Source of the DNA: Candidatus Saccharimonadales bacterium
GTDB lineage: Bacteria > Chloroflexota > Dormibacteria > Aeolococcales > Aeolococcaceae
Reading direction: 5' to 3'
Assembly: GCA_035534875.1 (NCBI GenBank)
Contig: DATLRB010000060.1
Location: forward strand, 90,241-154,240
DNA: 64,000 nucleotides
Part shown: positions 17,504 through 25,871 of the stretch, one piece after another
Layout: every line of letters begins with the position of its first letter
How positions within the stretch are numbered: the stretch's first letter is position 1
Made by a program: the position numbers and the translations under genes
The notes under the pieces: generated by a model
What the model was told of the DNA's origin: nothing
What the model saw: the letters and a program-made list of their open reading frames with translations, nothing else
Databases searched by the model: none

Positions 17504-18601
17504 ATGGGGCTGGCAATCCTGCTCATCGGAACGCGGAAGGGCTTGATGCTCGCGCGGAGCACCGACGATCGCCGCACCTGGGCGACCAGCGACTTCCAGT
17601 TCCTCAACCAGGAGGTCTATAGCGTGGCAATCGACACGCGCCATGACCCGCCGCGGATCTTCGCAGGAGTCGGGACTGGGCACTGGGGCCCGCTGCTGAC
17701 GTATTCCGACGACCTCGGCAGGTCCTGGACAGAGCCTGAGGAGCCGCCGATCGGCTTTCCCCAGGGGAGCGACGCCGCAGTGGCCCGCGTCTGGCAGGTT
17801 CAGCCCGCGCCGGACGGCCAGCCGGACGTCGTCTACGCGGGAGTCGAACCGCACGCCCTCTTCAGATCCGACGACCGCGGGGAGAGCTTCGCGCTCGTCG
17901 AGGGCCTCTGGCAGCATCCGCACCGCCCGAGCTGGATGCCGGGCGGTGGCGGCGCATGCCTCCACACGGTCCTGCCCCACCCGACCGACCCCGACGACGT
18001 GATGGTGGTGATGTCGGCGGCCGGCGTGTATCACACCCGAGATGGCGGCGTGAGCTGGGAGCCGGCGAATCGTGGTATCCAGGCGAAGTTCCTCCCCGAG
18101 GATCAGCGATTTCCGGAATTCGGACAGTGCGTGCACAAAGTGGCGTTCCATCCGGATCGCCCGCAGCGCCTCTTCGCCCAGAACCACTTCGGCGTCTACC
18201 GGAGCGAGGACCGCGGCGGCTCCTGGGTGCCGATCGAGTCCGGGCTGCCGAGCAACTTCGGCTTTGCGCTCGTCGCCCACCCGCACCGCCCCGACGTCCT
18301 CTACAACTTTCCACTCCAGGCCGATGCCGAGCGATTTCCACCGGAGGCGAAGTTGCGCGTGTACCGCACCGAGGACGCGGGCGCGAACTGGGAGCCGCTC
18401 TCGAAGGGCCTCCCGACCGACGCGTACTACGGTGCCGTGCTCCGCGACGCGATGGTCGCCGACTCACGTGACCCGGCAGGCGTCTACTTCGGCACCCGAA
18501 TTGGCGAGGTGTATGCGAGCCGCGACGAGGGTGACACCTGGTCGCTGATCGCCGAGCACCTGCCCGACGTGCTCTCCCTGCGAGTTGCCGAGGTCGCGTG
18601 A
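17504..18601 (+). CDS. BNR/Asp-box repeat beta-propeller protein (sialidase-fold / Ycf48-like)
   Basis: Six Asp-box motifs are present: SDDLGRSW, SDDRGESF, TRDGGVSW, SEDRGGSW, TEDAGANW, SRDEGDTW. I chose ATG 17504 because it is preceded by CTGGAGGGG. The track start 17309 adds an Arg/Pro-rich stretch. Confidence 0.8.
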   Translation: MGLAILLIGTRKGLMLARSTDDRRTWATSDFQFLNQEVYSVAIDTRHDPPRIFAGVGTGHWGPLLTYSDDLGRSWTEPEEPPIGFPQGSDAAVARVWQVQPAPDGQPDVVYAGVEPHALFRSDDRGESFALVEGLWQHPHRPSWMPGGGGACLHTVLPHPTDPDDVMVVMSAAGVYHTRDGGVSWEPANRGIQAKFLPEDQRFPEFGQCVHKVAFHPDRPQRLFAQNHFGVYRSEDRGGSWVPIESGLPSNFGFALVAHPHRPDVLYNFPLQADAERFPPEAKLRVYRTEDAGANWEPLSKGLPTDAYYGAVLRDAMVADSRDPAGVYFGTRIGEVYASRDEGDTWSLIAEHLPDVLSLRVAEVA

Positions 18602-18879
18602 CGTCGCGGTTGCTCCTGCCCGCGGCCCTGCGCCGCTACGCCGGCGACCGGGCTGAGGTTGAGATCCATGGCGGTACCCTCGGTGCCGCGCTCGACGATC
18701 TCGCGGAGCTGCTCCCGCAGCTCGAACGCCGGCTGCGCGACGAGCAGGGGCAGCTCCGGCCTCACGTGCTCATGTTCGTTGACGGGGTGAGCGTGCGCAG
18801 CGGCGCCCCGATGGAGACACGGGTCGCCGACGGTGCCGAGATCTTCGTCGCCCCGGCGGTTTCGGGCGGGGACGACTAG
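18598..18879 (+). CDS. MoaD/ThiS-family ubiquitin-like small protein (C-terminus ..SGGDD)
   Basis: 93 aa. GTG overlaps the upstream stop (GTGA). The layout LLLPAALRRYAG..VEI.G.TLGAALDDL..LP.L...L....G.LRPHV..FV.G......ET.V.DG.EI.V.PAVSGG is typical of beta-grasp sulfur carriers. Confidence 0.7.
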   Translation: MTSRLLLPAALRRYAGDRAEVEIHGGTLGAALDDLAELLPQLERRLRDEQGQLRPHVLMFVDGVSVRSGAPMETRVADGAEIFVAPAVSGGDD

Positions 18880-18935
18880 GGCCGGTCAGACCGTCGCCGT
18901 TCGACCTGCGGTGACCTTGGACCTCAGTGCCACCG

Positions 18936-19322
18936 TCAGCGGGCGGGACCGTCGACCGTCACCTCGAACAGCGGGCTCGAATCGATCATGGTCTCGAGAT
19001 CGTGCCGCTTCCAGATCCGCGCAATGTCGGGCAGCACTTCGCGGCGCTCGGCGTCATCGGTGATGACCCGTGCGGTCGCCGCAAGATCCGCCCTGACCGC
19101 CCCCTTGAGGTGAAGGGTGAAGCTCGGGTTGGCCGTGAGGTTGGCGATGTAGCCCCGCTTGAATCCCGGCATCCCGCTGACGTACAGCCGGCCGCCGACG
19201 TTGTGGAAGACGATCTCGATGCGGTGGGAGGTGCCAGTCTTGCGACCCGTTGTGGTGATGTCGATGACCCCGCCCCGATCGAGCGCGTCGCGAATGGTTT
19301 GGTCGAGAGATGCGCTGGTCAT
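18936..19322 (-). CDS. deazaflavin (F420)-dependent nitroreductase family protein (DDN/DUF385-like)
   Basis: ITTTGRKTGTSHRIEIVFH..GRLYVSG....R.W..NL.ANP is the motif I associate with the F420H2-dependent DDN family. I chose ATG 19322. Confidence 0.75.
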   Translation of the reverse strand: MTSASLDQTIRDALDRGGVIDITTTGRKTGTSHRIEIVFHNVGGRLYVSGMPGFKRGYIANLTANPSFTLHLKGAVRADLAATARVITDDAERREVLPDIARIWKRHDLETMIDSSPLFEVTVDGPAR

Positions 19323-19561
19323 GGTTCTTCCCCGGTGGTGCACCGCCCTGCTGGGGCGTGAGGTCTCAGCCTAACCGCCCGCTTTGGGGGCAGGAGGTCT
19401 GGGATCCGCGCTGAGTGGCGCGCTCGTGCCTGCAGTCCCTGCGGCCGGGGCCTTCGTCCCCCGGAAGCGACGACCTTCGCCCGTAGCCGGACCGGCAATG
19501 ACCACCCCATCATCAGGCTTGGGAAGACCAATTCCGGCCACGCGACTACGAGGGCGAATCG

Positions 19562-20755
19562 ATGGAGATTCTCCGAAACCTCTGGCGGCGCAAGCTGCGC
19601 ACCATTCTCACCGTCAGCGGCATCGTCATGGGTATCTTCGCGCTGACCACGATGGGCTCGCTGGCTGAGCATTTCAACGTCCTGCTGGGCGGTGGCATCA
19701 CCTATTACGGCGGCAGCATCCAGGTGACGGACGACAAGAGCAACGGCGGCTTCGGTGCCGGCGCCATGACGCTCGACACCCTCAAGCAGGTCCAGCAGGT
19801 TGATGGCGTTGTGGCCGCAGGTCCCGCCGTCGGTGTCGCGGCGAAACCAGGCTCCGTGTCCACGGTGAGTTTCGGCGTCCCCGACTACATCATGAATTTC
19901 GATCCCACAACGACCGCCCACTCGCCGTTCAAGATCTCACTCGCGAGGGGCGTCTTTCCGAGTGCAGCGTCGCGCTATGAGGTCACGCTCGGCTCCACCT
20001 TCGCGTCTGAGTTCAAGAAGCACGTCGGCGACACGATCATGCTGCCGATCAGACCGTCTGACGCGACTGCGGACTTCGTCAATCACCAGTTCACGGTGAT
20101 CGGTGTCCTGGATCAGACGCTCACGGCGCCCGACAACGGCGCGTACATCAGCCTGCACGACGCTCAGATGCTCCTCGGTGAGAGTCTCCCGGCCGCGCTC
20201 CGCGGTACGGTCGATCCGTATCAGTTGATCACCTCGGTGGTTGCCTACGGGCGGCCCGGCACGAATCTGGACGCACTCGCCACCAGAATCACGAATCAGG
20301 TGCCAGGGGTCAAGGCGACCAAGCCGAGCGACCTCGTGGCCAGCTTCGAGTCGGGCGGCGCCATCTTCACCTTCATGACCACGGCCGCCGCCCTGCTGGC
20401 GCTGATCATCGGCGGCCTGTCCGTCGTCAACACGATGATCATGTCGGTCTCCGAGCGCACCAGGGAGATCGGACTCAAGAAAGCCATCGGGGCCAAGACG
20501 CGCAACATCCTGTCCGAATTCATCGCCGAGTCGACGGTGATGGGACTGCTGGGCGGAGTCATCGGCTTCCTTCTCGGCGTGCTGCTCACGATCCTCCTCA
20601 ACAGCGGCGACCCGAGTGGTGGTCTCTTCCTGATCACGCCGCGGTTGACGTTGATCGCGCTCATCTTCGCGGTCGCTCTCGGCGCGGGCGCCGGCGTGAT
20701 ACCGGCCATGCGCGCAGCGAGGATGGATCCGGTCACTGCGCTGCGGGCGCAATAG
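19562..20755 (+). CDS. ABC transporter permease, FtsX/MacB-like
   Basis: The N-terminus is MEILRNLWRRKLRTILTVSGIVMGIFAL (MacB_PCD type), followed by a large periplasmic domain. The C-terminal FtsX domain carries ERTREIGLKKAIGA. Confidence 0.85.
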   Translation: MEILRNLWRRKLRTILTVSGIVMGIFALTTMGSLAEHFNVLLGGGITYYGGSIQVTDDKSNGGFGAGAMTLDTLKQVQQVDGVVAAGPAVGVAAKPGSVSTVSFGVPDYIMNFDPTTTAHSPFKISLARGVFPSAASRYEVTLGSTFASEFKKHVGDTIMLPIRPSDATADFVNHQFTVIGVLDQTLTAPDNGAYISLHDAQMLLGESLPAALRGTVDPYQLITSVVAYGRPGTNLDALATRITNQVPGVKATKPSDLVASFESGGAIFTFMTTAAALLALIIGGLSVVNTMIMSVSERTREIGLKKAIGAKTRNILSEFIAESTVMGLLGGVIGFLLGVLLTILLNSGDPSGGLFLITPRLTLIALIFAVALGAGAGVIPAMRAARMDPVTALRAQ

Positions 20756-20765
20756 GAGCACGGGG

Positions 20766-21500
20766 ATGGCAACGATCAAGACGCTCGGGCTTAACAAGAC
20801 CTACGGCAAGGGTGAGTCCGTCGTGAAAGCCCTCGACGGGATCGACCTCACCATCGAGCAGGGTGAGTTCGTGGCGATCGTCGGACGATCCGGGAGCGGC
20901 AAGACCACCATGCTCGACTGCATGGGCCTCCTCATGCGACCCACGAGTGGCGCGGTCATGGTGGATGGCACGGACGCGAGCACCCTGAACGACCGTCAGC
21001 GTGCTGAACTCCGGAGCAGGCACATCGGCTTCATCTTCCAGGAGTTCAACCTGCTCCCAACGCTGTCGGCGATGGAGAACATTCTCCTGCCCCTGCGCTA
21101 CTCGGGCGGCAACAGGAAACTTGCGAGGAGACGAGCTGAAGGGTTCCTCGAGGAGGTCGGACTCGCGCGGCGTGCCGATCACAGACCGACGCAGATGTCG
21201 GGCGGCGAACAGCAGCGGGTTGCCATCGCGAGGTCGCTGATCAACGAACCAACGGTCGTCCTCGGCGACGAGCCGATGGGCGAGGTCGACACCGAGACGG
21301 CCAACGCCCTCCTCGGATTCATGCGTCGCATCAACGCCGAGCGCGGTGTCTCATTCGTCATCGTCACACACGATCTCGAACTGGCCGCGCGCACCGACAG
21401 GGTCATCCGCCTGCGCGATGGACGGGTGATCAGCGACGAGTGTCCGTCGACGCACGTCACGCAGCGAGCATCGACCGCGGTTCCCCAGGCGGCGGCGTAG
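20766..21500 (+). CDS. ABC transporter ATP-binding protein (MacB/LolD-like)
   Basis: Walker A GRSGSGKTT, the Q-loop, signature MSGGEQQRVAIARSL and Walker B VVLGDEPMGEVD are present. Confidence 0.9.
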   Translation: MATIKTLGLNKTYGKGESVVKALDGIDLTIEQGEFVAIVGRSGSGKTTMLDCMGLLMRPTSGAVMVDGTDASTLNDRQRAELRSRHIGFIFQEFNLLPTLSAMENILLPLRYSGGNRKLARRRAEGFLEEVGLARRADHRPTQMSGGEQQRVAIARSLINEPTVVLGDEPMGEVDTETANALLGFMRRINAERGVSFVIVTHDLELAARTDRVIRLRDGRVISDECPSTHVTQRASTAVPQAAA

Positions 21501-21578
21501 GAACTCGCCGGCCGTCGGTGAGATCCGTAGCGTCGCACGCTCGAAGCAGCCGTCGATTCGATTCCTCGACCGCCCGGG

Positions 21579-21926
21579 TCATCGAGCGTTGGGCTGCTTC
21601 CCCGGGAGGGACCGTGCGTACGCGACCCCCTCGCCCACCCAGCGTCGCAGCTGTGGCTGCGTCCGAACCCCGTCCGGATCGACCCGCAACCATCCCGGCA
21701 TCTCGCGACCGCGCATCACGGCAACGTGAGCGTGCCGCCGTCCGGCAAGCTCGACGGTCCTCGCGGGGTCGACCCGCACCAGGACGCCACCCTGCCCGCT
21801 GGCGCTGATTGCCATGTTGCCGCCGACCAGGAAGGCGAGACCGCCGAACATGCGCTGCTCGGTCATGTCCGCCTCGCCGCGGACCAGCTCGCGGATGCGG
21901 ACGGCCAGCTCGGCGTCGAAGGTCAT
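21579..21926 (-). CDS. TfoX/Sxy N-terminal domain family protein
   Basis: The 115-aa version from ATG 21926 carries MTEQRMFGGLAFLVGGNMAISA, which is TfoX_N-like. Confidence 0.7.
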   Translation of the reverse strand: MTFDAELAVRIRELVRGEADMTEQRMFGGLAFLVGGNMAISASGQGGVLVRVDPARTVELAGRRHAHVAVMRGREMPGWLRVDPDGVRTQPQLRRWVGEGVAYARSLPGKQPNAR

Positions 21927-21976
21927 GGCTGCATTTTCGGTCAGCGAGCCCCGGTCAGGCCAGGCGGCCACGGAGC

Positions 21977-22960
21977 CTATGTGCCAGCCCGGTGAGGTGC
22001 TGAATCGGGCGCGCGAAACTCGAACACGGTGCCGACCGACGGCTGGACGAAGGCATCCGGCAGGGCGCTCGCCAGCGCGTGCACCGCGCGCCACCCCGTG
22101 CAGTGCGCGGGCACGATGCGTTCGGCGCCAAAGGCGGCGAGGTCGCTGACCGTCTGCGAGATGAGCGGCTCGAACAGTCCGCCGGTGAGGTGAAACCCGC
22201 CGATCAGACCCGCCACGCGCTGTTCACCGGTCAGCTGCCGCGCGTGGCGTACGACATTCACGACGCCGGCGTGTGAGCAGCCGGACACGATGACAAGCCC
22301 CCGATCGCGAACGTTGACCACCACGCTCTGGTCGTCCCACGTCCAGGGATCCGGTTCCCAGTTCCCATCGTCAGAGCGCGCGACCTGCACGGGAAAGCCC
22401 TGCTCATAAGCGGTGACTCGCGCCACCTGGCCCGAGACCAGCACCGTGCCATCGATCAGCAGGGTCGGCCCGCGCTCCTCGATCACGGTCAGCCCTTCGC
22501 GCTCGAGGTCGTTGTGACTTGGTGGCGGCAGATGGATCTCCGCGCCGGTGGGAAACACGACCTTCCGGTCCTTCCAGGCGTCGGGGTGAATGACGAGCGG
22601 GAGCTTCATCGCGCCGTGCCGTCTGAAGAGTCCTTCGAGGCCGCCGTGATGATCGACGTGTCCGTGCGAGATGGCGATCGCGCGGAGATCGGTCACGTCG
22701 ATCTGCATGACGTCGAGGTTGTGCCGGAGCGCGAGCGCGGAGAGCCCGCCGTCGTAGAGGACTGCGTGACGACTCCCGTTCACCGTGACCGCGACCAGCG
22801 CCGAGAAGCCGTGCTCGGCGAGGAGCGAATCGTGATCCGACCAGTCGTAAGCGAGCTTGAACCGCTGAACGCCGTCCTGGCCCGCCATGAGAAGGTCGAG
22901 CGACAGGTCCATCACGAGCGTCACGTCGACCGCGTCGACAGGGGCGAGTGCGACAGTCAC
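21977..22960 (-). CDS. MBL-fold metallo-hydrolase
   Basis: The HGHVDHHGG (HxHxDH) motif and AEHGFSALV are present. I chose GTG 22960 so the gene does not run through the TetR CDS (track ORF extends to 23143). Confidence 0.8.
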   Translation of the reverse strand: MTVALAPVDAVDVTLVMDLSLDLLMAGQDGVQRFKLAYDWSDHDSLLAEHGFSALVAVTVNGSRHAVLYDGGLSALALRHNLDVMQIDVTDLRAIAISHGHVDHHGGLEGLFRRHGAMKLPLVIHPDAWKDRKVVFPTGAEIHLPPPSHNDLEREGLTVIEERGPTLLIDGTVLVSGQVARVTAYEQGFPVQVARSDDGNWEPDPWTWDDQSVVVNVRDRGLVIVSGCSHAGVVNVVRHARQLTGEQRVAGLIGGFHLTGGLFEPLISQTVSDLAAFGAERIVPAHCTGWRAVHALASALPDAFVQPSVGTVFEFRAPDSAPHRAGT

Positions 22961-22982
22961 GACGTCTGCCGGAATCGTACGC

Positions 22983-23645
22983 TCAGGCTGACGCGTCTCC
23001 GGAGCGCGGCCCCGCGGGGGAGCCGGCGGCGCCGTGACGCAGGCCGTCGAACAGCAGGCCCACCAGCCGTTCGGAGGCCTCGGAGCGCTCCTGGTCGGTC
23101 GACATGCAGATGCCGCCGACGGCACGCAGCAGATCGCCACCATTCACATCGGCACGCACCGTCCCGGCAGCGGCGCCCGCCTCGAGCAGCTTGGTCGCGG
23201 CGGCGGTGGCGCGCCCGCGCGTCTGGTCCGAGAAGTTGGGGTTGGTGCTGAGCAGCGGCTTGAGCACTGAGAGCATGCCCCGCTTGGTCGCCACGTGGCG
23301 TACGAAGAGCTGCATCCACTCCGACAGCGCTTGATCGGGCGGCATCGTCTCGAGGAGCTGATCCGCTCGCTCGCACAGGACGTCGATCTCGTGGCGATAC
23401 ACCGCCTCGACGAGGGCGTCTCGCGTGGGGAAGTGGCGGTACAGGGTCCCGATGCCAACGCCGGCGTTGCGGGCGACGTCTTCGAGTGAGGCGTCGGCGC
23501 CCCGAGCCGCGAAGGCATCGGCGGCGGCAGTGATCAGCAGATCGCGGTTGCGGAGCGCATCGGCGCGGGGACGGCGATCTGGGGAAGCCGGATCCGCCGG
23601 ATCGATCGCTCCGCTCTCAGCCACCGCGACGTCACGTGCCACCAC
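22983..23645 (-). CDS. TetR/AcrR family transcriptional regulator
   Basis: The HTH is SLEDVARNAGVGIGTLYRHFPTRDAL. The start is placed at GTG 23645 (or 23642/23624), because the track start 23750 would translate through the palindromic operator/promoter region and overlap the divergent MFS start. Confidence 0.85.
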   Translation of the reverse strand: MVARDVAVAESGAIDPADPASPDRRPRADALRNRDLLITAAADAFAARGADASLEDVARNAGVGIGTLYRHFPTRDALVEAVYRHEIDVLCERADQLLETMPPDQALSEWMQLFVRHVATKRGMLSVLKPLLSTNPNFSDQTRGRATAAATKLLEAGAAAGTVRADVNGGDLLRAVGGICMSTDQERSEASERLVGLLFDGLRHGAAGSPAGPRSGDASA

Positions 23646-23665
23646 TGGATCACCAACACCTTGAG

Positions 23666-23694
23666 TTGTAAAACGGAGGGAGCCTCCGTATACT
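23666..23694 (+). promoter_or_regulatory. putative sigma-A type promoter of the MFS gene
   Basis: TTGTAA (23666-23671) - 17 nt - TATACT (23689-23694) lies about 50 nt upstream of ATG 23744, with GGGAGG at 23732-23737. This is pattern matching only. Confidence 0.4.
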
Positions 23695-23714
23695 ACCGGA
23701 GGTAGCGTCCGTTT
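23671..23714. promoter_or_regulatory. dyad-symmetric operator-like element (probable TetR site) in the divergent intergenic region
   Basis: The sequence AAACGGAGGGAGCCTCCGTATACTACCGGAGGTAGCGTCCGTTT contains ACGGAGG-gag-CCTCCGT (7-bp arms). It also holds a second imperfect copy, ACCGGAGGTAGCGTCCGT, inner arms CTCCG-N8-CGGAG and outer arms AAACGGA/TCCGTTT. Confidence 0.5.
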
Positions 23715-23743
23715 CGCCATTCTACGCCATCGGGAGGTCCTGC

Positions 23744-25252
23744 ATGCCATCCACCGCCACCCTCGTCGTCCCGCCCACGCGGACAGCCCGGCGCCCCGCC
23801 CGCCGCGGCCTGGTGCTCGCCATCATCCTCGCGGTCCAGCTGATGGTCGTGCTCGATGCCACCATCGTGAATATCGCCCTGCCCGGCATCGCCGGCGCCC
23901 TCCACTTCTCGCCGGCGAATCTGTCGTGGGTCATCACCGCGTACACCCTGGCCTTCGGAGGCTTCCTGCTCCTGGGCGCCCGCGCCGGGGACCTCCTCGG
24001 TCGCCGGCGCGTCTTCATCGCCGGCATCGCGGTCTTCACCGTGGCCTCGCTCCTCGGCGGCGTTGCCCCATGGAGCGGCTGGCTGCTCGCGGCACGCGCG
24101 CTCCAGGGCATCGGCGGAGCACTTGCGGCACCGTCGGCGCTCGCGCTCCTGATGACCATGTTCCGGGACGGACAGGAGCGCGTCCGCGCGATCGGCTGGT
24201 ACACCGCCGTGTCCATCGGTGGCGGGGCCATCGGGCTCATCCTCGGAGGACTGCTGACCCAGTGGGCGTCGTGGCGATGGGTGCTCTTCGTCAACGTGCC
24301 GATCGGCATCGTGGTCATCGTGCTGGCCCGTCGCCTGCTCACCGAGACGCCCAGCCGCAACGGTCACTTCGATGTCCGCGGCGCCCTGACATCGACGATC
24401 GGCGTCACCGCGCTGGCGTACGGCTTCGTGCGCGCGGCCACCTCTGGCTGGGGCGACATGCTGACCGTGGCCGCGTTCGCGGTCGGTGCCGTCCTGCTGG
24501 CGACCTTCGTCGTGCTCGAACGGAGGGCACCTGAGCCGATCACTCCTTTGCGGCTCTTCGCTGATCGCAGCCGCAGCGCCTCATACGTCGGACGTCTCTT
24601 CCTCACCGCCGGGATGTTCGGGATGTTCTTCTTCCTGACACAGTTCCTGCAGGAGGTCCTGCACTACAGTCCGCTCAAGACAGGTCTCGCGTTCCTGCCC
24701 TTCACCGTGGCGCTGTTCTCGATGTCGCAGCTCAGCGCGCGCGGACTGGTGCACCGCTTCGGGGCCAAGCCGTTGATGGTGGTCGGGTTCTCCGTGTCGA
24801 CGCTCGGAATGCTGCTGCTCACCCGGCTTTCAGCGTCGAGCAGCTACGTCTCGTTGCTCGCACCACTGGTGCTCTTCGGCGCCGGCAACGGGCTCGCGTT
24901 CGTGCCGCTGACGTCGACATCGCTCAGCGGCGTGCGCCAGGAGGATGCAGGCGCCGCGTCGGGGCTGGTCAACGTGATGCAGCAACTCGGCGGGGCACTC
25001 GGTCTCGCGGTGCTGGTCTCCGTGTTCGGAACGGCAGCGCGTGGTGCGGCCGTGCAGTCAGGGAGCGCCGCGCAGCAGGCATTCATCCTCGGTGCCGATC
25101 ATGCATTCATCGCGGGGACGGTGTTCGTGAGCGCGACGGTCGTCGTGCTGGCTGTGGCGATCCGCGGGCGGCGTGCAGCCGCCCGCGCCGCCGCGGTACC
25201 CGCGTGGGTGCGCGACCTGGACGCGCCGGCTAGCGCAGCGGTTGAGGGGTGA
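23744..25252 (+). CDS. MFS transporter, DHA2 (EmrB/QacA, 14-TMS) drug-efflux family
   Basis: 502 aa with about 14 TM helices. Motifs LDATIVNIALP, GRLGD-like GARAGDLLGRRRVF and the DHA2-type middle region are present. The gene is divergent from the TetR gene. Confidence 0.9.
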   Translation: MPSTATLVVPPTRTARRPARRGLVLAIILAVQLMVVLDATIVNIALPGIAGALHFSPANLSWVITAYTLAFGGFLLLGARAGDLLGRRRVFIAGIAVFTVASLLGGVAPWSGWLLAARALQGIGGALAAPSALALLMTMFRDGQERVRAIGWYTAVSIGGGAIGLILGGLLTQWASWRWVLFVNVPIGIVVIVLARRLLTETPSRNGHFDVRGALTSTIGVTALAYGFVRAATSGWGDMLTVAAFAVGAVLLATFVVLERRAPEPITPLRLFADRSRSASYVGRLFLTAGMFGMFFFLTQFLQEVLHYSPLKTGLAFLPFTVALFSMSQLSARGLVHRFGAKPLMVVGFSVSTLGMLLLTRLSASSSYVSLLAPLVLFGAGNGLAFVPLTSTSLSGVRQEDAGAASGLVNVMQQLGGALGLAVLVSVFGTAARGAAVQSGSAAQQAFILGADHAFIAGTVFVSATVVVLAVAIRGRRAAARAAAVPAWVRDLDAPASAAVEG

Positions 25253-25787
25253 CCCGGTCCACGAAGATCGTGGATCGGTAGTACGCGAGCTCGGCGATGG
25301 ACTCGCGGATATCGTCGAGGGCTCGGTGCACCTCCTTCTTGGGAGGGGCGGCCGAGAGCATCTCGGGATACCACCGCCGGCAGAGTTCCTTGACGCTCGA
25401 CACGTCGATTGACCGGTAGTGCAGGAAGTTCTCGACGTCGGGCAGCTGTGCCGCCAGAAAGCGCCGGTCCGTCCCGATGGAGTTGCCACACAGCGGCACT
25501 GAGCGTGGCTCACTGATATGCGCACGAAGGAATTGGAGTGTCCGCTCGCCGGCGTCGGCGAGGGAGACCGGCGATGACTCGATGGCAGCGAGGAGCCCCG
25601 ACCCGGTGTGCATGCTGCGGACCAGGCCATCCATGGCGTCCAGCTCCGCGGCTGTGGCGTGCACGACGATGTCCGGACCCTCCGCAATCGGCCTGAGCTC
25701 GTCGTCCGTCAGAAGCGTCGCGATCTCGACGATCACATGCCGTGAGGGATCGAGGCCGGTCATCTCCAGGTCCATCCAGGCCAGCAC
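25230..25787 (-). CDS. orn: oligoribonuclease
   Basis: LAWMDLEMTGLDP.., CGNSIGTDRRFL and HRALDDIRESIAELAYYR are the DEDDh exonuclease motifs of Orn. GTG start. The 3' end overlaps the convergent MFS gene by 23 nt. Confidence 0.9.
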   Translation of the reverse strand: MLAWMDLEMTGLDPSRHVIVEIATLLTDDELRPIAEGPDIVVHATAAELDAMDGLVRSMHTGSGLLAAIESSPVSLADAGERTLQFLRAHISEPRSVPLCGNSIGTDRRFLAAQLPDVENFLHYRSIDVSSVKELCRRWYPEMLSAAPPKKEVHRALDDIRESIAELAYYRSTIFVDRVTPQPLR

Positions 25788-25871
25788 GATCCGATCCTAA
25801 CCCGCGACGGGACTCGACGACGGTGATAAAGTCACTACTCAAGTAGTGACAATGAGGCGCGCAGAGGACAA

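Noticed and set aside
9002-18879. Idea that the zf-UBP protein (9002..9298) and the GG-containing MoaD-like protein (18598..18879) form one ubiquitin-like recognition system
   Set aside because: They are 9 kb apart, on opposite strands and separated by about 10 unrelated genes. There is nothing in the sequence beyond the generic GG-binding precedent, so I kept them as separate observations.
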